Below, piece after piece: positions 9,749 through 19,049 of a stretch of 64,000 nt of DNA. Numbering within the stretch: position 1 is the stretch's first letter; each line of letters begins with the position of its first letter. The stretch is from an uncultured Alphaproteobacteria bacterium. GTDB lineage: Bacteria > Pseudomonadota > Alphaproteobacteria > RF32 > CAG-239. Under the pieces are notes generated by a model that was not told the DNA's origin, did no database searches, and saw only the letters and a list, made by a program, of their open reading frames with translations. The stretch lies in assembly GCA_934271195.1 (NCBI GenBank), contig CAKQRB010000052.1:4352-68351 (forward strand). The letters are read 5' to 3'. Made by a program: the position numbers and the translations under genes.

Positions 9749-11564
9749 TAGTCTTCTTGGACGGATCCAGCTTCAACGCTTCCTGCAGCAATTTACTGGC
9801 CATAGGCGCCGCCACGGAAGAACCGCCTCCGCCATGTTCCACTAAAACCACCACGGCATATTTGGGATTATTATGCGGGGCATAACCAACAAACAAGGCG
9901 TGATTACGCAACCGCCACGGCAATTCGCTTTCTTTCAAAATTCCGGTCTGCCTTTCTTTCAAAGAAATGCGACGAACTTGCGTAGTGCCGGTTTTTCCGC
10001 CCATTTTCATACCATTATAATCAAAACGCGACATATAAGCCGTACCACCTGGCACATTCACCACATTATACATCCCTTCTTTGACAATATCGAGATAAGT
10101 CGGGGATAAATTAATCTTTTTAATATTTTTCTGTTCTTCTTCACTCACCCGCAAAAAGCTCGGCCGAACTTCATAACCGCCGTTAACCAGACGCGACATC
10201 ATCGTCACCAGCTGAATCGGCGTTGTCAGGATATATCCCTGTCCGATTCCGGAAATCAGGGTTTCTCCGGGATGCCACGGTTCTTTGCGTACACGCAGCT
10301 TCCAAGCCTTATCCGGAATCAGTCCGGAATTTTCATTATCCAGCCCGATGCCTACTTTTTCTCCCAGCCCGAGCCGACGAGCCATATCGGCAATTTTCTC
10401 AATTCCGACCTTTTGCGCCGTTTCATAAAAGAAAATATCGCAAGAATGCTGCAATGCCTGAACCACATCTAAATAACCGTGTCCGGAATGCTTCCAGCAG
10501 TGGAACGGATGAGATCCCAAAAACATTTTTCCCGCACAGAAAAAACGCGTTTCAGGCTTAATAGCTCCCGATTCCAGACCGGCCAGCGCTACAATCATCT
10601 TAAAAGTCGATCCCGGAGAATAGCGTCCGGCAATAACCTTATTGGTCAACGGATGCCGCTCGTTATTAACCAGAGCCTTCCAGTCCTCGTTGCTAATGCC
10701 GGTAACCATCAGATTCGGATCATAAGACGGCGTGGAGGCAAAAGCCAAAATCTCGCCGTTATGAACATCCATCAGAACAATCGCCCCGCTCTCCTCTCCC
10801 AGAAGCTCAAAGGCTTTTGTCTGCAGGCGCGCATCAAGGCTCAAATCTATTTTTTCACCCAAAACACCGTCATTTTTTTCAATCTCTTTCATCACCCGTC
10901 CATAAGCGTTAACTTCCAGCTTTTGGTTGCCGCCGCGGCCGCGCAAACGTTTTTCAAAAAGTTTTTCAATACCTGCCTTTCCGATTTTAAACCCCGGAAC
11001 CTCCAGCAACGGATCATCTTTGACATCATTCTCGGAAACTGAAGAAACATACCCCAGAATATGCATCATCATTTCCCCGAAAGGATAATAACGCGATAAG
11101 CCTTCATCAATCACGATACCTGGCAGACTCGGCGCATTCAGCTGGATTTTTGAAACTTCTTCCCAAGTCAGATTATCCTTGATTTTAATCGGAACAAAAC
11201 TTCTCTTGCGTCTGATTTCTTTTTTGATTTTTTCTTCCTCGGCTTCGGCCAACGGCATAATTTTCTTAAAGGCATCAAGCGTTTCCTGAATATCAGGTGT
11301 TTGTTCCGCCACAATCGAAACCTGAAAATTCTGCCGGTTAGATGCCAAAAGCTCCTGATTACGGTCATAAATAATTCCCCGCGGCGGAATCAGCAAACGC
11401 GTACTGATTCGATTCTCATCTGCCAACATTTTGTATCTGTCAGCCTGATAAACCTGCAGATAATACAAACGGAAAATAATCACCATAAACAGCAAAAATT
11501 CCATAAAGGCCAATATCAGCGACCGCTTGACTAAAACCTTTCCCTTATCATTATCACGATTCAT
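9741..11564 (-). CDS. mrdA: Penicillin-binding protein 2 (elongasome transpeptidase)
   Basis: 607 aa. N-terminal TM, dimerisation domain and a transpeptidase domain with the STFK motif. Lies between mreD and rodA. Confidence 0.9.
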   Translation of the reverse strand: MNRDNDKGKVLVKRSLILAFMEFLLFMVIIFRLYYLQVYQADRYKMLADENRISTRLLIPPRGIIYDRNQELLASNRQNFQVSIVAEQTPDIQETLDAFKKIMPLAEAEEEKIKKEIRRKRSFVPIKIKDNLTWEEVSKIQLNAPSLPGIVIDEGLSRYYPFGEMMMHILGYVSSVSENDVKDDPLLEVPGFKIGKAGIEKLFEKRLRGRGGNQKLEVNAYGRVMKEIEKNDGVLGEKIDLSLDARLQTKAFELLGEESGAIVLMDVHNGEILAFASTPSYDPNLMVTGISNEDWKALVNNERHPLTNKVIAGRYSPGSTFKMIVALAGLESGAIKPETRFFCAGKMFLGSHPFHCWKHSGHGYLDVVQALQHSCDIFFYETAQKVGIEKIADMARRLGLGEKVGIGLDNENSGLIPDKAWKLRVRKEPWHPGETLISGIGQGYILTTPIQLVTMMSRLVNGGYEVRPSFLRVSEEEQKNIKKINLSPTYLDIVKEGMYNVVNVPGGTAYMSRFDYNGMKMGGKTGTTQVRRISLKERQTGILKESELPWRLRNHALFVGYAPHNNPKYAVVVLVEHGGGGSSVAAPMASKLLQEALKLDPSKKTIE

Positions 11565-11566
11565 GG

Positions 11567-12085
11567 CTATTCCTCATCTGCAATCATATTATTTTGCACA
11601 AAAGCCAACAACAGACTCAAAAACGGATACACGGCTGCCGTAAACAAAAAGCTGAAAAAAACAATCGAAAACGGCAAAAACTGCGCATAATAAATTGACA
11701 AGACCAGCCATTTGGTAAAAAACGCCACAAAAACCGTGACAATAAATCCATACCAGACAATCACAAAGGGCTTTCCGTTAAAAAAACGCACCAGATTATT
11801 AAGCATGATATATAAAACCAGCACAGAAAAAATATTAGCGCCAAAAGGAACATTGCTGATAATATCTTCAACCAGCCCCAAAAAATAAACAGAAACCAAA
11901 TTAAACAAATCCGGCCGGTGAACCAGCCAGTAATATACACAAATAAAGCCGACGGCCGGACGAATATTGTGCACCGGTAAAAAATCCAGCGGCGTGTAAG
12001 ATATAAACAACAAGACCAGCGAAGAAATCAGCGGCAACAGCCTCTGCAAATAAGAAACCAAATTTTCCTTCCAGTCATCAAGCAT
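11567..12085 (-). CDS. mreD: Rod shape-determining protein MreD
   Basis: 172 aa multi-TM protein directly after mreC. Called on position and topology. Confidence 0.7.
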   Translation of the reverse strand: MLDDWKENLVSYLQRLLPLISSLVLLFISYTPLDFLPVHNIRPAVGFICVYYWLVHRPDLFNLVSVYFLGLVEDIISNVPFGANIFSVLVLYIMLNNLVRFFNGKPFVIVWYGFIVTVFVAFFTKWLVLSIYYAQFLPFSIVFFSFLFTAAVYPFLSLLLAFVQNNMIADEE

Positions 12086-12100
12086 ATTTTTCTTTACCGC

Positions 12101-12946
12101 TTAATCAATCAACACGTCATCCAGATTATAATCAACCAGTTTGATATATTCCAAACGGTCAAGATTGCTGAATGTCGTTACTTTTACGTCATTTTTTTCA
12201 ATTGAGCTGATACGTCCGATTGGCAAGCCCGCGGGAAAAACGCCGGCCACGCCGGAAGTCACGATTCGATCCCCAACCGAAAGCTCTGCTTCCAGCGGAA
12301 TAAAAATCATTCTCGGACAAGGTGTATTATCGCCGGACAAAATACCACGCACCCGCGTCCGCTCAACCATAACCGGAATTTTCGAGTTAATGTCCGTAAT
12401 CAGAATAATCTTGGAATACATCTCGCCAACCTTATCAATCCGGCCGACAACGCCTTTGTCACTAAGGGCAACCTGCCCCTTTTTCACTTTATTGATATGA
12501 CCGGTATAAGCAATCAGTGAATGCGAAAAAGCATCGCCCTCCTCGGCAATAACGCGTGCCGTCACAAATTTTGCTTCCGGCGGCGGCGTATAATTCAACA
12601 TATTGGCCAGCAGTTTGTTTTCAATTTCCAAAGCCTTTGCCCGATCAAGATTTCCCATCAGATAGCGGTTTTCTTTTCGCAGTTTTTTGTTGTCTTCACG
12701 AATCTGCTTCAGTTCCTTAAAATAATCATAAATTCCGGCAACGGCTTTGGCAGGAACCACAAAAACATCAATCATCGGGCTCATGATATCCGTAGCAACG
12801 GAGGAAGTCTTTTCAATCAGAATTGTATCTGTTTTATTAATCAACATCAAAATAAACGCCGACAACACCAGCAGCACCAATGCAAATTTTTTGGCCAGCT
12901 GCCTGATATGACTAAAGTGAATAAATAAACTCTTCCGACGTTTCAT
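12101..12946 (-). CDS. mreC: Rod shape-determining protein MreC
   Basis: 281 aa. N-terminal TM, coiled-coil segment and a beta-rich C-terminal domain. Follows mreB. Confidence 0.85.
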   Translation of the reverse strand: MKRRKSLFIHFSHIRQLAKKFALVLLVLSAFILMLINKTDTILIEKTSSVATDIMSPMIDVFVVPAKAVAGIYDYFKELKQIREDNKKLRKENRYLMGNLDRAKALEIENKLLANMLNYTPPPEAKFVTARVIAEEGDAFSHSLIAYTGHINKVKKGQVALSDKGVVGRIDKVGEMYSKIILITDINSKIPVMVERTRVRGILSGDNTPCPRMIFIPLEAELSVGDRIVTSGVAGVFPAGLPIGRISSIEKNDVKVTTFSNLDRLEYIKLVDYNLDDVLID

Positions 12947-13035
12947 TCCCGTTTTTCCGGTAAATTAATAAAAAAACAAAGGGCTGCCGGACAGACGCCT
13001 ATTCCGCGCCTTCCGGCCCCTCTGCCAAACCGCAA

Positions 13036-14076
<1,041 letters not shown>

Positions 14077-14178
14077 TTAGATTTTCTCCACAAAAAAGAT
14101 TCCACAAAATTTTGCTACTATCCTAATTTTTATAACCATAACAAATTTTGTGCAATAGCTTATAACGTTTTTTTAACA

Positions 14179-15132
14179 TTAATTAACAATTTTTTTAACA
14201 ACGGCTTCGTCACCGTTATAACAATGATCCAAAACCACTTGCGCCTCAAGCTTGTTGGCAAACCATGTCCGTTGGCGCTTGGCATATTGCCGACTGTGCA
14301 GTTTTGCCTGTTCGACGGCTTCTTTCTTAGAACACCGTCCTTTGAGATAATCCAGTAGTTCAGGCAGTCCTAAAGCACGCATTGCCGGCAGTCTGTCATT
14401 ATATTTTTTTTCATAAATTTTTTCGGCCTCCTGCATGGCGCCGGCCTCCATCATCATATCAAAACGGCAAAAACAACGTTCGTCAAGCTCCTCTTGTTGC
14501 GGCAGGATTTTCACAACCTCAAACACCGCCTCCGGCAAAAGTTTTTTCATCGGCAGCTTGTGCCATTCGCTCAACGTTTTGCCGGTATCCAGCCAGACTT
14601 CATAAGCCCGCCGCACCCGTGTCGTATCATTGCGGTTCAGGCGTGCGGCCGCCTCCCTGTCAACTTCCGCCAATCTGGCATGCAAAGCCCGAACGCCGTC
14701 ATTTTCCAACATTTCCAAAACCTTGGCTCTAACCTCAGGCTTTGTTTCGGGGATTGGCGTTGTTCCGTTAATCAGATTATCAATATACAACCCTGTGCCC
14801 CCGACGACGACAGGCGTTTTTCCTTCAGTCCATGCCTTGCGTATTTCCTCAACCGCCAAATTCAGCCATTCCACGACCGAACTGCTTTTTTCAATTCCCC
14901 AGATTTCATACAGCCGGTGCGGAACCGTTCTTTTGTCTCGCTCGTCAGGACAAGCCGACAACAGCGGCGTGCAGTTATATACCTGCTGAGAGTCGGCGTT
15001 AATCACAATGCCGTTCACAGCTTTGGCCACGTCAATAGCCAGCCGTGACTTTCCCGAAGCCGTCGGCCCGGCAATAACAATAACGCGATTTTTCTGCTGT
15101 TTGTCCATCTGATTTCTCACCTTTTGCGGCAA
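14179..15132 (-). CDS. miaA: tRNA dimethylallyltransferase MiaA
   Basis: 317 aa with a P-loop (VIVIAGPTASGKSRLAIDVA). Confidence 0.9.
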   Translation of the reverse strand: MPQKVRNQMDKQQKNRVIVIAGPTASGKSRLAIDVAKAVNGIVINADSQQVYNCTPLLSACPDERDKRTVPHRLYEIWGIEKSSSVVEWLNLAVEEIRKAWTEGKTPVVVGGTGLYIDNLINGTTPIPETKPEVRAKVLEMLENDGVRALHARLAEVDREAAARLNRNDTTRVRRAYEVWLDTGKTLSEWHKLPMKKLLPEAVFEVVKILPQQEELDERCFCRFDMMMEAGAMQEAEKIYEKKYNDRLPAMRALGLPELLDYLKGRCSKKEAVEQAKLHSRQYAKRQRTWFANKLEAQVVLDHCYNGDEAVVKKIVN

Positions 15133-16025
15133 CCGGCATTTTCAACCAGTAAGGCACAAAGCTTTTCATAAGAAATTCCGGCATAAGCGGCCTGCTCCGG
15201 CACCAAAGACAACGGTGTCAGCCCCGGATGCGTGTTGACTTCCAAAAATACCACGCCGTCTTCCGGATTATAGCGGAAATCGCAACGGGAAACCGTCCGG
15301 CAGCCCAAAACCCTATGTACGGTCTCGGCGTATCTTTTGCAGGTTTCGGCGGCTTCCTCAGGAATTTCTGCCGGCAACAGATGTTCTGTCGCCCCGTTGG
15401 TATATTTGGCATGATAATCATAAAAATCCACTTTCGGACGCAGCTCCGTCACCACATAAGCCTTGCCTTCCAGACACATACAGGTCAGCTCCTTACCGGC
15501 AATAAACCGCTCAACCATAACCTCCCGCTCACCGTCTGGATAATTTATTCCGTCCGTATCTTCCGGCTTTTTGATAATATAAACGCCAACGCTTGAACCG
15601 TCGGAAACCGGCTTGACGACATAAGGCATCGGCAAATCTTTCGCCAGTTGCAAAAAGGTTTTTGCACGCATTTTATCTCCGGACGCGACTTTAACGCCGG
15701 CTTGTGCGACTAATGTTTTTGTCAACGCCTTGTTCATACCGATAACCGAGGCCGCCATTCCCGAATGGGTATAAGGAATCTGCAGCATATCAAGCAAAGC
15801 CTGAATTTCGCCGTCTTCACCCCAATTGCCGTGCAAAGCATTAAAAACCGCATCCGGCTTTTCCTCGTCTAAAACGGCAATCAGCTTTTTAACATCTGTC
15901 AAATCATGGCAGACAACGTCATAACCGCTTTTTTCCAAAGCTTCGGCCACACCTTTTCCGCTGACCAGACTAACTTCTCTTTCCGCTGAAAAGCCGCCGC
16001 TCAACACCAAAACTATTTTGCTCAT
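15117..16025 (-). CDS. ddl: D-alanine--D-alanine ligase
   Basis: 302 aa ATP-grasp enzyme (MSKIVLVLSGGFSAEREVSLVSGKG...). Overlaps miaA by 16 nt. It is not in its usual dcw position between murB and ftsQ. Confidence 0.9.
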   Translation of the reverse strand: MSKIVLVLSGGFSAEREVSLVSGKGVAEALEKSGYDVVCHDLTDVKKLIAVLDEEKPDAVFNALHGNWGEDGEIQALLDMLQIPYTHSGMAASVIGMNKALTKTLVAQAGVKVASGDKMRAKTFLQLAKDLPMPYVVKPVSDGSSVGVYIIKKPEDTDGINYPDGEREVMVERFIAGKELTCMCLEGKAYVVTELRPKVDFYDYHAKYTNGATEHLLPAEIPEEAAETCKRYAETVHRVLGCRTVSRCDFRYNPEDGVVFLEVNTHPGLTPLSLVPEQAAYAGISYEKLCALLVENAGCRKR

Positions 16026-16092
16026 TTTTTTGTTCCTTTTCTAAAAATTTATGTTATTCTACGCAAAAATGTTTTAAGAAAGACTAACATAA

Positions 16093-16872
16093 ATGAAAAA
16101 ATTCTGCCTGATTTCATTGTTTTTGCTGCTGTTTCCGACACCTGCACAAACAGCCGCTGTCCAGCATAATTTTACAATTTTTCTCGGCCCGTTCAACGCC
16201 GGAAAAACCCGTTTTACTTATACATTGCACCCTCGGGAATACAATGTGCGCTCCAAAGTTGAAACCGCAGGCATTTTTAACACGCTATACCCTTTTACGG
16301 CCGAATATGCCGCCGCCGGCAAAATCAAAGGCAACAATTTGGAAACGTCAAGCTATAAATACAAATCGCAAAGTCGTTTCAACACCCGCCGCAAAGAGCT
16401 GATTTACGACCCAAACGGCAATCCGGTTTATCGTATCAGCGCCAAAAACGACAAAGTCAAAAAAGTCGAAATTGAACCCTCGCCCGACAACAAAGACACC
16501 ACCGACCTGCAGACCGTTATTGCCGAACTTGCCTTGCAGTATAACAAAAACAAAAACTGCAACGCCCGCATGCAGATTTTTGACGGCAAACGACGCTTTG
16601 ACACCATCTTCAAAGACGAGGGCAAACAAGAAATTGCCGCCAATGAATATTCGCCTTTTGCCGGAACGGCACATAAATGCTCCATGTATATTGACAAACT
16701 CCTCAACGACGGCGATGACCTGCTGTGGGAGTTAACATCAGAAAAACCGATTTACTTTTGGATACTGGAAGACAAAGAGAACCGTCTTCCGTTTATCGCC
16801 CGCATAGAAATCGAAGACACGCCGCTCGGCAAATTACAAGCCTTCACCCAAACCATTCAGACAGAGAAATAA
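16093..16872 (+). CDS. Secreted hypothetical protein (signal peptide), possibly DUF3108-like
   Basis: 259 aa with an N-terminal signal peptide (MKKFCLISLFLLLFPTPAQTAA). No recognisable catalytic motifs. Family assignment is a guess from memory. Confidence 0.45.
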   Translation: MKKFCLISLFLLLFPTPAQTAAVQHNFTIFLGPFNAGKTRFTYTLHPREYNVRSKVETAGIFNTLYPFTAEYAAAGKIKGNNLETSSYKYKSQSRFNTRRKELIYDPNGNPVYRISAKNDKVKKVEIEPSPDNKDTTDLQTVIAELALQYNKNKNCNARMQIFDGKRRFDTIFKDEGKQEIAANEYSPFAGTAHKCSMYIDKLLNDGDDLLWELTSEKPIYFWILEDKENRLPFIARIEIEDTPLGKLQAFTQTIQTEK

Positions 16873-16873
16873 C

Positions 16874-18271
16874 ATGCTTCAAAAATCAGAACTTTTACTT
16901 CCGGCCGGTTCGCTGGTCAAATTGAAAACTGCCATCCTTTACGGTGCCGACGCCGTTTATGCCGGAACACCGGACATGTGCCTGCGCGCCCAGTCCAAAA
17001 TGACCATGGAAGACTTAAAAGAAGGCATTGAGTTTGTTCACGCCCATGGCAAAAAAATCTACCTGACGCTGAATTTGTTTATGCACAACCGCGATGTTGA
17101 AAAACTGCCGCAGTTCATTGCCACACTGCGTGAGCTCGAACCGGACGGTGTCTTAATTGCCGATCCCGGCGTTTTTCAATATGTCAAGGACAACGCGCCG
17201 GAACTTAACCTTTTTGTTTCCACTCAGGCCAATATATGCTCATGGCAAGCTGTTAAATTTTGGCAGAACCAAGGCGCAAAGCTCTGCGTTCTCGGTCGAG
17301 AGGTCACTTATGAAGAAATGAAAGAAATCAGGGAAAAATGTCCTGACATTCTGCTTGAATGCTTCATGCACGGCGCCATGTGCATGTCTTATTCCGGCCG
17401 TTGCCTAATCTCCAACTATCTGGCCGACCGCAGCTCTAATCAGGGCAAATGCGCCCACTGTTGCCGCTGGCATTACAAACTCCATTTACGTTTAAAAGAC
17501 GGAAGTATTAAAGAAATTGAAATCAACGATCAAAACAAAAACGCCTTTGAGTTTTTACTGGAAGAAGAATTCCGTCCCGGAGAATATTTTGAGGTCATGG
17601 AAGACGAACACGGCGGCTATATGCTCAATTCCAAAGACATGTGCCTGCTGCCCAGATTGGACGACCTCTTAAAAATCGGCATAGATTCGCTCAAAGTAGA
17701 GGGTCGCAATAAAACCGAATACTACGCCGGCATTGTTGCCCGCGCCTACCGGCAGGCCATTGACGATTACTACGCCGCACCGGACAAATGGGACTATCAA
17801 AAATACATGCCGGAACTTGATACTTTGCAAAACCGCGGCTACTGTCTCGGTTTCCATGACGGCAAACTGACAAATATCAGTCAGAATTATGAATATACGC
17901 GCACTTTGGGCAATTGGCTTTTTGCCGGTTCAATTGTTGAATGGCAGAATGACGACGCCATTTTTGAAATTCGCAATTACATAAACAGCGGCGAATTTAT
18001 CGAATTTTTAATTCCCGACACATTAGAAAACCTGCGCTTGACGTTAGACCGGTTTGAAGATGCCGAAACCGGAGAAATCACTCCTAAAGTATCTGCCGGT
18101 CAAAGCAAAAAAATCCGCATAAAACCGAAAGACTGGCCACGTCCGGTACAGGAAATCAAAAAACTGCTGCCGCAATACGTCATTGCCCGCAAACTGGCAG
18201 CCTTGACACCGGAAAACGAGCAAATGCTGAAACATAAAAAAGATGAGTTTTGCACCCTCTGCGGTAAATAA
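16874..18271 (+). CDS. Peptidase U32 family protein (YegQ/TrhP/RlhA-like, tRNA or rRNA hydroxylation-type)
   Basis: 465 aa. U32 N-terminal TIM-barrel-like region and a conserved Cys cluster (GRCLISNY...CAHCCRWHY). Confidence 0.75.
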   Translation: MLQKSELLLPAGSLVKLKTAILYGADAVYAGTPDMCLRAQSKMTMEDLKEGIEFVHAHGKKIYLTLNLFMHNRDVEKLPQFIATLRELEPDGVLIADPGVFQYVKDNAPELNLFVSTQANICSWQAVKFWQNQGAKLCVLGREVTYEEMKEIREKCPDILLECFMHGAMCMSYSGRCLISNYLADRSSNQGKCAHCCRWHYKLHLRLKDGSIKEIEINDQNKNAFEFLLEEEFRPGEYFEVMEDEHGGYMLNSKDMCLLPRLDDLLKIGIDSLKVEGRNKTEYYAGIVARAYRQAIDDYYAAPDKWDYQKYMPELDTLQNRGYCLGFHDGKLTNISQNYEYTRTLGNWLFAGSIVEWQNDDAIFEIRNYINSGEFIEFLIPDTLENLRLTLDRFEDAETGEITPKVSAGQSKKIRIKPKDWPRPVQEIKKLLPQYVIARKLAALTPENEQMLKHKKDEFCTLCGK

Positions 18272-18278
18272 AAACACA

Positions 18279-18311
18279 AAAGAGTGATATGAAAACATAT
18301 CACTCTTTTTC
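18279..18311. terminator. Rho-independent terminator, apparently bidirectional
   Basis: AGAGTGATATG-aaaa-CATATCACTCT hairpin, flanked by an A-run on the left and TTTTT on the right. Sits directly after the U32 gene stop and at the end of the minus-strand small ORF. Confidence 0.7.
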
Positions 18312-18315
18312 GTCC

Positions 18316-18549
18316 TTAAAAAAGCAGATGAATTGCACCCACCACTGCAAAAAACCAACAAGACTTGTCAACAAATCCAAACAAAAACAGCAACAAAACC
18401 ATAAAAGCGACAAGACAGTTACTAACAACAGCAAGCTCGTCCTTAATTTCAAATGCCCAGTCAATGACTAAAACAAACACAAAAAGCATTAATACTGCTG
18501 AAGAATAATTGGTATTTGCAAACTCAATAAAATGTTTTATTTCTTCCAT
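18316..18549 (-). CDS. Small hypothetical membrane protein (2 predicted TM helices)
   Basis: 77 aa hydrophobic ORF ending at the bidirectional terminator. No obvious SD, AT-rich upstream. Could be spurious. Confidence 0.3.
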   Translation of the reverse strand: MEEIKHFIEFANTNYSSAVLMLFVFVLVIDWAFEIKDELAVVSNCLVAFMVLLLFLFGFVDKSCWFFAVVGAIHLLF

Positions 18550-18639
18550 ATAATTATATATTTAATAATTCAAAACTATTAAAAGTTAAAACAATAAAAT
18601 TCTTTTGTAAACTGCAAATTTAATATTTTTATAGAATTC

Positions 18640-18985
18640 ACTCTTTTCTTTCCCATATTTTCCTCTTCATATTCTCCCTTATTTCTGTTCACCGACCTTA
18701 TTTTCCACCTCTCATTTTCCGCTTCACATTTTACTCCTCCAACTCCTTTGGCCTCTTCTTTTCTCTCTCACTTCAATACTTATCTTCTCATCTCTTATTT
18801 CAGCCCTCTGCTCATACTTCCAACCATTCTCCTTATCCCCACTTTCTTCTCTCACACCTCGCGGCTTTCCATTCCCCTTATCTTCTGTTTCTCTCTTTCC
18901 TTCCACCTTAGCCTCTTTTAGCCAAAATCCCCTCTGTTTTTCCCGCTCCTCTGCCCAAAATTTCAACATTATTCTTCATGAGTAT
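18640..18985 (+). repeat. Polypyrimidine (CT-rich) tract, copy 1 of a repeated promoter-bearing cassette
   Basis: About 345 bp with almost only C/T on the plus strand. The 3' roughly 100 bp is near-identical to 42110-42207 (…ctttagccaaaatcc[c/t]ctctg…ctgcccaaaatttc[a/c]acattattcttcatgagt[a/g]tttgaca). Confidence 0.8.
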
Positions 18986-19014
18986 TTGACATTATCGTTT
19001 CTTTATGATATACT
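18986..19014 (+). promoter_or_regulatory. Near-consensus sigma70 promoter of Cys-rich paralog 1
   Basis: TTGACA (18986-18991), 17-bp spacer ending in TGA (extended -10 TG), TATACT (19009-19014). Then about a 28-nt leader with SD GGGAGGAAG before the ATG at 19050. Confidence 0.75.
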
Positions 19015-19049
19015 GGTCTTAGGACTTGAACTTTTTAGGGAGGAAGCCG

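Noticed and set aside
18289-18471. 60-aa plus-strand ORF overlapping the small membrane ORF
   Set aside because: Its ATG lies in the loop of the U32 terminator hairpin. It is polar and low-complexity.
18724-18969. 81-aa Glu/Lys/Arg-rich ORF on the minus strand of CT tract 1
   Set aside because: It is a translation artefact of the GA-rich complement. No equivalent ORF is conserved in tract 2, so the tract is treated as non-coding.
18640-19049. CT cassette as an insertion sequence or MITE
   Set aside because: It has no terminal inverted repeats, target-site duplications or transposase. The conserved part is the promoter-proximal end fused to the gene, so it is better explained as part of the duplicated gene unit.
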